This document shows positions 22,013 to 34,490 of a DNA stretch of 64,000 bases, piece after piece; position 1 is the stretch's first letter; each line of letters starts with the position of its first letter. The stretch is from Octopus bimaculoides. Taxonomy: Eukaryota. The position numbers and the translations under genes were made by a program. The stretch spans positions 3,638,333 to 3,702,332 of the forward strand of contig NC_068983.1 of NCBI RefSeq assembly GCF_001194135.2. The letters run 5' to 3'. The notes below the pieces were generated by a model that saw only the letters and a list, made by a program, of their open reading frames with translations, searched no databases and was not told the origin of the DNA.

Positions 22013-22855
22013 AGTACTGCAGTATTTCTGACGTCATTAATTTGTTTCAGTTTTACTGCCGGGTTCTGGCAAAGTCTACGTATTTCTGGTAGTGTTGTAA
22101 ATTATTGGAAGAGTAGGAAATCAGCAGCAATAAAAACAAGGTGCCTACTAACCACATCGACATTTTACCGCTGCTGCATTCAGATCGAGCGCGAGCGCGC
22201 GCACACACACGACCTTCCCAGCTCTGAGTGTGTGTGTGTGTGTGTGTGTTTGCGTGCGTGCGTGACTTCAGAGTCTGTATATTACAACATTGCAATGTCG
22301 GATTGAAATAGACAGACTTTGAAACCGTACGATTCTGCATTTTTCACTGTTCTCCCTTCATGCTACATGAAATCCACAGAAACAAACGCTGGGGACTAAT
22401 TTCCTTTGAAGTACTCTATCAGTGATTATCTTAAACAAGTCCGTGTTCTTTATCATTCGATGTGGTTAGCCAATTCCGAATAATATCGGAGAACAAATCT
22501 GTGTTTCTTTATACTGTGTGTAGGATATAAACAAAATCGAACACACATACAAAAAGCTATGCGTGTTGTTAGTTCGTGGTTTGGCTGCAGTTTTAGGCGT
22601 AGGAGAATATATCCGCTATGCGCCTGGTAATACCAGGCAAATAGCGGGTAGGCAATCACTCACTTTTGGTCTCAGAACTGCCAAATGTTGGTTAGTTTCC
22701 GCGAAAAATTTTTATTTATTTACTTTGGGTTTCATGACGTGTCGAAGGCGACATTTGCTTTGAAGTTGGAAAGTGAAAGCTGACAGATAATGTGTGTGTG
22801 TGTGTGTGTGTATTTATTTATGTACGTGTATATGAAAGCTAATAGAGTGTACTGT

Positions 22856-23240
22856 GGAGGCGCAATGGCCCAGTGGTTAGGACAGCGGACTCGCGGTCAT
22901 AGGATCGCGGTTTCGATTCCCAGACCAGGCGTTGTGAGTGTTTATTGAGCGAAAACACCTAAAGCTCCACGAGGCTCCAGCAGGGGATGGTGGCGAACCC
23001 TGCTGTACTCTTTCACCACAACTTTCTCTCACTCTTACATCCTGTTTCTGTTGTGCCTGTAATTCAAGGGGCCAGCCTTGTCACACTGTGTTACGCTGAA
23101 AATCCCCGAGAACTACGTTAAGGGTACATGTGTCTGTGGAGTGCTCAGCAACTTGCACGTTAATTTCACGAGCAGGCTGTTCCGTTGATCGGATCAACTG
23201 GAACCCTCGACGTCGTAAGCAACGGAGTGCCAACAAACAA
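22856..23240 (+). mobile_element. Full-length tRNA-derived SINE family C
   Basis: A-box TGGCCCAGTGG (22866-22876), B-box GGTTTCGATTCC (22909-22920), about 300 nt non-tRNA body, (caa)-rich tail; second full copy at 55708-56091 (-), partial at 51920-52060 (-). Confidence 0.9.
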
Positions 23241-25093
23241 ACAATGGGTGTACATGTGTGTGTGCGAGCGTGTTCTGCTTTATGTATTTGTATTCACTCA
23301 CACACGCACACGTACACCCATTATCTTTCATATACACATACATACATACATAAATACACACATTCTAGGCCCTATAGGATACATTCTCCTATGCCTAAAA
23401 ACCGCAGCCGACACACGAACTAACAACATGCATACCTTGTGCAGGTTATGCCTGGCTAAGAAGAGAGCAATTTTAAAGGGTACTCAACACCCAGATGTTT
23501 ACCTGAGTTTAGCAGGAGTGAAATGTTTAATCCTTGCCCACATGAAAGGAAGTACATCCTATTGTACCTGCACACCCAACCATGACTGCAACCACAGGTC
23601 CCAGCCTTCCACCAATGCCCTCAAGCCCAACAAAGAGTTTGACCAAAGTACACACCAAACCATCCATGTACACAAACGCACACCCCAATAAGGCAGAAAC
23701 CACACAGCCATGCCTCAACAATATAATATATATAATATATCAAACCAGTGCAGTTTGGATGGAACCATCCTTCATGTTGACTATATATANNNNNNNNNNN
23801 NNNNNNNNNNNNNNNNNNNNNNNNNNNNNNNNNNNNNNNNNNNNNNNNNNNNNNNNNNNNNNNNNNNNNNNNNNNNNNNNNNNNNNNNNNNNNNNNNNNC
23901 ACTTGAGATGGTTATATATATATATATAACAAAAACGCAATAGAAGGCATTAAAACGTTCAGACAAATAGACGGTACAAAGGCAGGCAAGAGAAACAACA
24001 ATTAGAAGGACAAGCAAAAAAAGAAGGGTCAATATTGAATTTCTTTCATCAGTCAAGTCCCAGAAGTCATGACCATTTCGGGCAGTTACACTTGAGATGG
24101 TTATATATATATATATAGTTGAAATTTACAGAAACACAAAAGACAAAGACTGGTGTATAAACAACAAACAGGTGTATCAGTTTAATACTCAGGAAGGTGA
24201 GAAAGTCTTTTATGTTTCGAGCCTACGCTCTTAAACAGAAAGGAACACGAGGAAATAAACACAGAGAAAATTTTTAAAATAGATACATTGTGGATTTCCT
24301 CGAATCATTGTCTTGGAATTCTTTCCATATCATCATCATCATCATCATTTAACATCTGTTTTCAATGTTGGCATGAGTTGGGCAGTTTGAGTGGAGATGG
24401 TAAGGCCGGGGCTGCACCAGACACCATAGTATTTTGGCATGGTTCCTACAGCTGGATGCCCGTCCTAATGCCAATCGCTTTACAGAGTGTACTTGATGCT
24501 TTCATGTGACACCAGCATTGACTGGGTCACCGAAGAACTTGCAAGACAAAAGCACCTTCAGCTGGGAGGAGGGTGTAGGAGTGAGAGGGGTGTGCCATTT
24601 GATGAGAGATGAAAGGCACAGAAGGACAAGGGTAGGTGTCTTGCTGTAAAGTGATACACCAGTTGAAAAGGAAAGGAAGGTGAGTTAAAGAGGAAGATAA
24701 AGAGAGTGAGAGAGAGAGAGAGAGAGAGAGATGGTGTTGAAAATGTGTCAAGATATGCCCTGGAAGGGTGTTGGGGGTGATGAGAATAAGTGGGGTAACA
24801 CAGAGGTGGATGGATAGGGTAGAGGTGAATAAGGTACATGATGGAGTGAAATATATGAGAGGCTCAGGGTGGGGGTTACTGTAAGCATGTGAGGGCACTG
24901 AGGGGGTTAGGAGAAAAGTGAGGTGTTTGTTAATGATATAGAGACCAACACAGGCAGAGAAAGCACAGGAAGGAGGTGATTGGTGGAGACGGTAGATGGA
25001 NNNNNNNNNNGAGAATAATGGGGGGTGGGTGGGGTGGCAATATTCTGTCAGTTTTGACCTTGAGCATCCACTTGCTGATCAACTAAATTACCA

Positions 25094-25467
25094 CCACGTA
25101 AAATGCACCATTCAAGTTTGATCGATGCCAGGTCCACGTGACTGACTCCTGTGCCGGTGGTATGTAAAGAGCACCCTCAGAATGTGGCCGATGCCAATGC
25201 CCCCTGACTGGCACCTGTGCCAGTGGCACACAAAAAAGCACTAACCAAATGCAATCAATTCTAGACTTACCTGACTGGCTCTTGTGCCGGTGGCATGTAA
25301 AAAGCATCCACTACACTCTAGGAGTGGTTGGTGTTAGGAAGGGCATCCAGCTGTAGAAACACTGCCAGATCAGATTGGTGCCTGGTGTGGCCACTGGCTC
25401 TCCAGACCTCAGTCAAACCATCCAACCCATGCAGGACATTAAACCCAGACGTTAAACAATGATGATT
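25094..25467 (+). mobile_element. RTE 3'-UTR copy with tandem tggcacgtaaaaagcacc subrepeats and (GAT)n tail
   Basis: Same family as 54219-54607, 52740-53055 and 57270-57726; minus-strand copies at 16553-16730, 24330-24560, 32060-32540, 35298-35620, 56455-56735 and 59770-59985. Confidence 0.85.
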
Positions 25468-25792
25468 GAATTAGTATATAAGTGGTTGAGTACACCAAAG
25501 ACATGTGTACCATTAATGTAATTCACAGTGATGCAGTGTATGAAAAGGCTGTGTTTCTTTCTTAATTACATACACAATCCATCAGACAGGCTTCTGTACA
25601 GATTCCATATGTCCAGTTTCACTCACAACATTTGGGTCAATATGTGGTTTTAGAGAATAACATTTGCCCCAAGATGTGCTGGTATGAACCGAAAAGCACA
25701 GGTGAGAAGGCCATTCAGCCATAGGAACCATGCCAAAACAGACAAATGGAGCCAGGAAGAGCTTTCTGGCTTGCCAACTTCTAGTCAACAAT

Positions 25793-26053
25793 TTTCATGG
25801 ACATTGTTCAGCTGAGCTCTCTTCTCTGGTTCCTCCTTTAAGAACTTATCAGCGATCAACCAGACTTGCATCCAATTCTCATCAATATACTGTGCAACCT
25901 CCTAAGTGTCGTAAAGCACTTTACTGTACCAGTTTCTTCTCTTGCACTTCTGAACTTTGGAATTCCCTTCCACAGTCTTGTTTTCCTCTTCAATATGTCC
26001 TCCTCCAGTCTTTTAAATCTAATGTGCATCGTCACCTATTGACTTCTGTCTAG
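25793..26053 (+). mobile_element. Jockey/CR1-group LINE ORF2 C-terminal fragment
   Basis: GHCSAELSSLVPP...RSTR...H...V..P.C......SFFSCTSELWNSLPQSCFP..Y.LQSFKSNVHRHL*. Confidence 0.75.
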
Positions 26054-26920
26054 CGTCCATTTTTTTCTAGTAGCTCTTATGCTTTCGGTGGTCAAAGGAC
26101 CCAGTAACAAGTGACAGCAGTGGTCAGCAGGCTGAGAAAGCTGGAGGTCTCCGCTACCACGGGCTTGACCACAAACCTATCAGTGAGCGGTCAATACTTT
26201 GACCGTTTGCCCTTCTCAACCTGACGAGCAGTGGAGCCTAGGCTGGTGGCTGAGCACACCAAGTTGCCTCTGGGGAAGGTGTCACTAAATGCGGCATGCC
26301 AGATGAGGGGCCCACCACTACAGGACAGGAAAACTGTTATGCCATCAGGCCTTTTGCTGTCCCATCAATCAAACGTCAATGGCCCGAGTTAGGAAGGGAA
26401 GCCTGTGGCATCTAGGACATGGTTTATGGTCTCACTGGAAGGCAACCAGCATTATAAGAGCATGACAATAGAGGGTAGAGGCTGAAAGAATCCACAATGG
26501 ATCCACGGCGGCAATGGGAGACTCACAAGATATCTTGCAGTAGGATTGAACCAGAGACCTTGTTGTAGTAAAGCGTACTTAATACAGCTGATATCTCAAA
26601 TATAACTGTTTGGGATTCTCGAACGCGCGCGCGTGCGTGTGTGCTTGTTTAAACTCAAGCTTTCTTTTAGAGACATGCATTTCCTCCTCTCAGACACGTT
26701 CACTCCCTTCACCCCTCTCCCACATTGATTCTCACTCCTCCTCTCTCAGACACATTCATTCTCATGTCACCCCCTCTCACACATTTATTCTCCTCCTCAT
26801 CCTCTCTTTCTGCACCTCTACATATTGCATTCTCTTGTAAGTCCTCTCAGTTCAATATAGCTAACACGGTCGCACACACACACACGTGTATCTCTGTCTG
26901 TATTAACATACGTACACATC

Positions 26921-26955
<35 letters not shown>

Positions 26956-27290
26956 CCTTTCTTCCGCATCACCCCCCCTTCTTCGCTTTCCGCTGTTCCA
27001 CTTCTCCTCACACCATTACCACTCACTCACTATATTCTATTACCTAACTCATTTATTTTTCTAATCATTTTTGTTTTTTATTACATATTTTATTTCTTCC
27101 GTCTCTTTTACCTCTTATTTAATCCTCCTTCCTTCAGCTACACATATTACTCTCACCAACTCTCTTTCTAATCTTCTAATCCCTTGTCCCCCCCCCTCCA
27201 CATCTCTCTCTTTCTTGCTACTAAGCTCTAATCTTTAATTTCGTAATCTTGTATCGATGATTTTTCTCCTCCCCCCTCTCTTTCCATATA

Positions 27291-27592
27291 TCTTTTACTT
27301 GTTTCAATCATTAGATTGTAGTCATGATTTGAAGAATTTTTAGTCGAACGAATCGATCCCAAGACTTATTTTAAAGCCTGGTGCTTATTCTATCGATATC
27401 TTTTGCCGAATCGCTACGTTAAGGCGACGTAAACACATACACATGTGTGTGTGCACGACAGGCTTCTTTCGGTTTCTGTCTACCAAAGCCATTCACCAGG
27501 CTTTGGTCCAAGGCTTAGAAGACATTTGCCGAAGGTGCCGCGCAGTGCGACTGGGAAGCATAAACTTCTTTACCACACAACCATGCCTGCGC
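27291..27592 (-). mobile_element. SINE family A
   Basis: Similarity to 9714-10088. Confidence 0.8.
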
Positions 27593-27846
27593 ATATGAGG
27601 TTAACAGTTTCATACAAACCAAATGCTATAATTTAAAGGATAACTGGTGGAAACAACACGAAAATATGGTTAAGGATTTTTCATATTTGTTACATTAAGA
27701 ATGACTCTTGAAAAAGTCAGTTAAGGAAACAAATATAGAAAAAAAATCTTTAAACATACTTTCGTGCTATTTCCACCTTTACTTTTTAATTCTCACTCTC
27801 TCTGCATATATACACACACTCGTGTGTATGTGTGTGTGTGTGTGTG

Positions 27847-27887
<41 letters not shown>

Positions 27888-29337
27888 CAGTCTGTTAAAG
27901 TCTGTCATACCGGCCATGATGAAATACCACAAGGTATAGAAAATACGTATTCGCCTTTATATTGAACACTCAATATTTCATCTATTCAATAAGACATATT
28001 CCATATATTCAATAAGACATTCAATACTTTATTTCATTGTACCATCCATTTTTATTTTATATTGTATATTATATATTGTATATTCCATATTCTATATCCC
28101 ACATTGGTTTTGCAGGAATATAAATAAAACATAAAAAACAGACAGTGTTGGAACTCTTTTAAACAAAATNNNNNNNNNNNNNNNNNNNNNNNNNNNNNNN
28201 NNNNNNNNNNNNNNNNNNNNNNNNNNNNNNNNNNNNNNNNNNNNNNNNNNNNNNNNNNNNNNNNNNNNNNNNNNNNNNNNNNNNNNNNNNNNNNNNNNNN
28301 NNNNNNNNNNNNNNNNNNNNNNNNNNNNNNNNNNNNNNNNNNNNNNNNNNNNNNNNNNNNNNNNNNNNNNNNNNNNNNNNNNNNNNNNNNNNNNNNNNNN
28401 NNNNNNNNNNNNNNNNNNNNNNNNNNNNNNNNNNNNNNNNNNNNNNNNNNNNNNNNNNNNNNNNNNNNNNNNNNNNNNNNNNNNNNNNNNNNNNNNNNNN
28501 NNNNNNNNNNNNNNNNNNNNNNNNNNNNNNNNNNNNNNNNNNNNNNNNNNNNNNNNNNNNNNNNNNNNNNNNNNNNNNNNNNNNNNNNNNNNNNNNNNNN
28601 NNNNNNNNNNNNNNNNNNNNNNNNNNNNNNNNNNNNNNNNNNNNNNNNNNNNNNNNNNNNNNNNNNNNNNNNNNNNNNNNNNNNNNNNNNNNNNNNNNNN
28701 NNNNNNNNNNNNNNNNNNNNNNNNNNNNNNNNNNNNNNNNNNNNNNNNNNNNNNNNNNNNNNNNNNNNNNNNNNNNNNNNNNNNNNNNNNNNNNNNNNNN
28801 NNNNNNNNNNNNNNNNNNNNNNNNNNNNNNNNNNNNNNNNNNNNNNNNNNNNNNNNNNNNNNNNNNNNNNNNNNNNNNNNNNNNNNNNNNNNNNNNNNNN
28901 NNNNNNNNNNNNNNNNNNNNNNNNNNNNNNNNNNNNNNNNNNNNNNNNNNNNNNNNNNNNNNNNNNNNNNNNNNNNNNNNNNNNNNNNNNNNNNNNNNNN
29001 NNNNNNNNNNNNNNNNTGTACGTGAGACTGTGCGTACATCTCTTTGTCTGAGTGTGTATGTGTTGTTTTGATCGTCTTTGTGGTGTGTGTGTGTGTGAGA
29101 GCAACCGTATGTATGTGTGAGGGTGTGTACGTATGTGTGCGTATGTGTGTGTATGTATGTGTGCATCTGTGTGTGTGCGTGGGAGTGTTTTGTGTGAGTG
29201 TGGGAGTGTGTGTGTGTCGTTTTAAATACCTTGTGGTGTGTGTGTGTGTAAGCAAACGTATGTGTGTGATGGTTCATATGTATGTGTATGTCTATGTCTG
29301 TATGTGTGCGTGTGTGGCATGTGTATATGAGTATGTG

Positions 29338-29375
<38 letters not shown>

Positions 29376-29582
29376 TCAAAGAAGATACTTCAAGTATGTG
29401 TGTGTATGTATATATATATAAATACAAGAAGATACTACAATGATATGTTAATATATTAGGATACATTAAACACATAGTATGAGTGGCTCGCTAGTGTTTT
29501 ATCAGTTTCAGATCAAAGCTGTGGCCATGCTGGGGCACCGCCGTTTTGCTACACTATTATTACTAAGAGCCTCCTCCTATAT

Positions 29583-29613
<31 letters not shown>

Positions 29614-29704
29614 ATACATGTCTGTTTCCCCCCCCCATCTCTCTCTCTCTATATATATATATATATACTCCAAGAGAGTTAGGAGTTGGAGGATTCAACC
29701 CACT

Positions 29705-29778
<74 letters not shown>

Positions 29779-29784
<6 letters not shown>

Positions 29785-29883
29785 CAAATGAATAATAAAC
29801 AGACGATGGCTAATTGTCAGTCCATTACTTGCTATAATGAGCTGATAATTGCCAATCGTCTGTCATTATGCATTTGATTATAA
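29779..29883. repeat. Imperfect 105-bp palindrome (foldback/MITE-like) at the end of a (TA)n tract
   Basis: tataatcaaatgaataataaacagacgatggctaattgtcag pairs with ctgataattgccaatcgtctgtcattatgcatttgattata. Confidence 0.8.
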
Positions 29884-32800
29884 TACGACTCGACGGACAC
29901 CCTAGAGAATACCAACAACCTACAGTTCAACATAACGCATGCTTGGGACCAGCCCCTAGGCGCTAAATACTCATAGGGCCTTGGTTTTCTCTTGTGTATA
30001 CAACCAGAATATACTACTTGATATTATCAATCATAGATCGGAACCACATGTTTATCTAACCCTAATTGGTGCATGTCTTTACAAGTACCCGATTCTACCC
30101 GAACCCTTTACTACACACATACGCGCGCGCATATTTTCATTCATCTACCCCCCTCCACCTCATTAGCTGCTAACCTTTGTAACAGAAATCTCGTTCTCAT
30201 TTCATTCATGTCCCGACACACACACACATACACACTGATACAAACACACATTACAGGCACTTGCTGCGTAAAAATCCCGCCAAAATCAACTCTGGCCACT
30301 TTTAATCGGTTGTGAGATGAATCAAATAAAATACCAGTCGTATAATGGGGTAGGTTTAGAGACACTAACACCTGCCTCTGCCGGAGATGTGAGCTTGTGT
30401 CTCTGATAAAAATTATTTCTCATCATCAACAACAAGCGAACACACACACACACACGGGTAGAATGATAGACAGACAAACAGGTGGACAAATAGACAGACA
30501 GGCAGATAGACAAAGAGACAACAGACAGGCAGATAGACAAAGAGACAACAGACAGACAGGTAGATAGATATATTAATATATAGAGAGATGGAGACACACT
30601 TCTCAAGCGCTTACACAACTCTCTCTCTCTCTCTATCACACATTTTTTCATTCTCCCCCTCTAACATACACTCTTATTCTCTCTCTCTCTCCCTGTTTCT
30701 GACATTCACAGACATTCTCATTCTCTGTCCCCTCTCTTATACACATTCTCACACACGCTCTTCTCTCTCTCTCTCCTCCTACAACGACCATATTCTCATT
30801 CTGCCACCAATTTCTTAACAACTACAAATTTCCTCTGTCTAGTAAGTCTCATTTCTCTCTCTCTCTCATCTTTCTATCCCCCTCTCTCTCTATTCCAATG
30901 TCTTTCACCATTAACCTCTCCCCCTTCCTCTATTCCATATCTCCATTTCTCGAGTTGAGATTTTCTGCAAGAATTCTGTCGAACGAGACAATATTTCTGC
31001 CCAGACCTCCGAAGTACTTATTGCCTCAAGAAAACACTTCTCCCCCGTCTTTCTTATTCTTATCATCATCATCATCATCACCATTATTAACAACAATAAC
31101 AATACTACCACTAATAATAATACAAATAAGAATAATAATTATAAATTCTTGCATTTCGGCTGGCAGAGTGAGAATCGTGATTTCAAGGTAAGTTTCTGGT
31201 ATACCCTGACCTAAAAACTCTACTTCTTTCTTCTCTTATATCACTAAATGCTCTGTTCCATGTCTCAAAGACAGATTTTTCTTATTTAACCAACCTCAAA
31301 GATTATAAATGCTTCTAATACTCTTGGCGTCACCTATTCTTGGTTCCAGTTTTCCATTCATTCAAATATCTCATTATTAAAAAGGAAAAAAACAACATAC
31401 GACAGATAATTAATAAAGAAACAACAGTGTGCCTTATTTTGTACAATATAGTGATGTCAGAAATTGAACTACGGCCATACTGGAACACAGGTTTCGAGGT
31501 TTTGATCTGTGGTAAACGAAACCAGTGCTTTAATTTATCCATTTCCATTGGATGACAAATTTTTGTTTTACAGATAGAAAAGGTAATTGAATTCACCAGT
31601 TTACACCATTCTTAGTTTTATAGTCACTGACTTCAAAGTTTCACAGGCACAAGTGCTACCCCTTATTATAAAAGCATAAACTACACACACGGAGTAATGT
31701 AAAAGTTGTAAAGTTTATTAGGATGTGTTATGTCTGTTTGTTATACTCTGAGTTTTGCCCTTAAACTGTTATTTATGACTGTTGAAAGAACAGCCCAGAC
31801 CCGTGCGAAACGTAAAGTAAGACAAGTCAACGTTTAAATACGTATGTGAGTCTGAGCGTGTGTTGTATGCATGCATGCACACACACACACGCGCGCGCGC
31901 GCTGGTGGGAGGGGCAGAGTGAGAGATGGATAAAGATAAGGGGCTGGAGGTGGTCAGTGGTGTACAAAAGTTGCGTGGGAGTGAAATTATGTGGGTGGAC
32001 GATGTTATAAATGAAGGATGGATGAAAAGAGCAAGTGGCTTGAGAGATAAAGATGCTATATATTATCATCATTGTTTTAACTTCCACTTTCCTATGCTAG
32101 CATGGGTCAGACAGAATTTGTTGAGGTGGATTTTCTATGGCTGGATGCCCTTCCTGTCACCAACCCTCAACTGTTTCCAAGCAAGGTAAATATTTCCCCA
32201 TGGCCAGACATGTTTTTCATGGAAGACTGGAAACAGACTACACTTGTGTGAAAGTGATGCTTGCTTTACAACTGTCACATGATGTCAAGACAATGAAACA
32301 CACACACATTCATATCTTCATTTAATGTCCCTTTATCCATGCTGGCATGAGTTGGACAGTCTGACAAGAAGACAAGCCAGAGGGCACTGCCATGTTCTAT
32401 GTCTGCTTTGGCATAGTTTCTACAGCTGGATGCCCTTCAAATGCTAACCACTTTAAAGAGTGTACTGGGTGCTTTTTAAGTGGCACCAGCACTGGTGAGG
32501 TCACCAAGTAGCTGCAAGATAAGACCCACTCCCCTGAGTGGGGGTGTAGACTGGAGAGAAGAAACTCTAATAGAAGGATAGGAGCAGGTGAATAGATGGC
32601 TTTCCCACCTGGAAAATGAGGGAGAGAAAGAAAGAGATGTGAGTTTCAGGTAGATATTGTGAATATTAAACAGAATTAGAAGCTCACTGCGTGAAAACAG
32701 ACAGATGATAAGAGCTAGAGAATGAGTTGGACACAGAGGATACCAGTTCGGTGTTGGGAGAAGAGGAGAAAATAGATGAGCCGTGGGGGGAAGGGTTGAC

Positions 32801-33718
32801 AGCTCCTCAGTTCTGCTGAGATGGATGGATCTTTTCAAGTGCAGCATAACACCATCTTGGTCTCCTATCATCTCCTCTGAGGTTCAACATTTTTATATCT
32901 ATATCTATATATATATATATATATATATAGAAATATATATAGATATACATGTATAAACATGTATAGAGCAGTCTTCTATCAATTCTCATCTGTTGAATCT
33001 ACACACAGGCCTTTGGTTGGCACAGGAATATGGTAGGAAGACGTGGAACAGAGTGGTGAGAAAATATCTTCAGACCCTGGGCCTCACTGAGGAGATGACA
33101 AGGAACCAGGACCGATGGCAGTTTGCTGTGCTTGAGAAGACACATCAGGCTAAGTAAAATCATGGCCATCCATACTTACAAGCATGTCCTTTATGGCCAT
33201 ACCACACCCCCCCCCCTCCCAGCTGAGAGCTCCTTGTCTTGCAGGTGCCAGAACCACATAAAATGCACCCACACCAGTGGCATGTAAATAGCACCCAGCG
33301 TACTCTGGAAAGTGGTTGGCATGAAGAAGGACATCCAGTCATAGAAACCATGCCAAATCAGACAATGAGAGCCTGGTGCAGCTCTTTTGGCTGGCCAGTT
33401 CCTGTCAAACCATTTAACCTTTGCCCGTGTGGAAAGTGGACATTAATCAATGATAATGATCATCATCATTTTAACGTCTCTTTTTCCATGCATGGGTTGG
33501 ACAGTTCAACAGGAACTGACAAGCAAGAGGGCAGCGCCAAGCTCCAATATATGCTTTGGCATGGTTTCTACGACTGGAAACCCTTCACGTCAACCACTTC
33601 ACAAAAATGTACTGAGCACTCTTTCGTTTTTTTGCACCAACACTGGTGAGATCATCAGCTAATCCCAGGACTAGACCCCTCGACTGTGTGGGGTATAATA
33701 TTGAGGGCTGTGTATATA

Positions 33719-33782
<64 letters not shown>

Positions 33783-34019
33783 GGCAGGCCTCCAAACAGC
33801 TTCCATCTACAAAAACCCACTCACAAAGCATTAATTGGCCCAGGGATCACCATCATCATCATCACCATCATTTAACATCCATTTTCTATGCTGGCATAGT
33901 TTGGGGAGCTATCCAGACCCCAATTGTCTGTTGTAGCATGGTTTCTATGGCTAGATTCCCTTCCTATTGCCAACCACTCTACAAAGTGTACTGGGTGCAG
34001 AAGTTGTCTACTACTTCTA

Positions 34020-34490
34020 ATGACCAGATAAGAGAGCAGAGGACCCTGTCAAAGGTTATCTTGATATCAACAAAAGCCAAGTACAGAGGTTTATTTTTGG
34101 CTGGATTCTTGTGCCGACAGCACGTAAAAAGCCCATCTGAGCATGGTCGATGCCAGCCCACCCTGCCCCAACTGGCTCCTGTGCCAGTAGCATGTAAAAC
34201 ACACCATCTGAACATGGCTGATGCCAGTGCCGCCTAACTGGCTCCCATGACGGTGGCACGTAAAAAAACACCCACTAGGCTCTCAGAGTGGTTGGCATTA
34301 GGAAGGGCATCCAGCTGTAGAAACCTTGCCAGATCAGATTGAAGCCTGGTGCAGCCGCTGGCTCTCCAGACTGCAATCAAACCGTCCAACCCATGCCAGC
34401 ATGGAAAACGGACGTTAAACGATGGTGATGATGATGATGACTTCTCCTGTAGTTGCCTAACCAGGAATATAGCATTAGTCATGTTCCAGA
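34020..34490 (-). mobile_element. RTE RT-domain fragment split by a (+) RTE 3'-end insertion at 34111-34440
   Basis: Removing the insert restores TNAIFLVRQLQEK-NPAKNKPLYLAFVDIKITFDRV in frame; ctt duplicated at the junctions. Confidence 0.8.

Noticed and set aside
22856-22930. tRNA gene
   Set aside because: A and B boxes are present but the acceptor stem is incomplete and the sequence runs into a 300-nt body repeated at 55708-56091, so it is a SINE head
23900-24117. Direct repeat cacttgagatggttatatatatatat (23900 and 24089) as an LTR pair
   Set aside because: About 29 bp only and directly against a gap; may be an assembly overlap or a PLE partial tandem, cannot be resolved
26215-26270. Hammerhead core CTGACGA in a probable LINE 5' region
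   Set aside because: No GAAA in register after the putative stem II
28052-29421. Long ORFs spanning N-gaps (also 41688-42121, 46832-47831, 50409-51440, 54677-55094, 61124-61953)
   Set aside because: Artefacts of N runs and CA/TG microsatellites; only the RepHel remnant at about 51218-51302 is real
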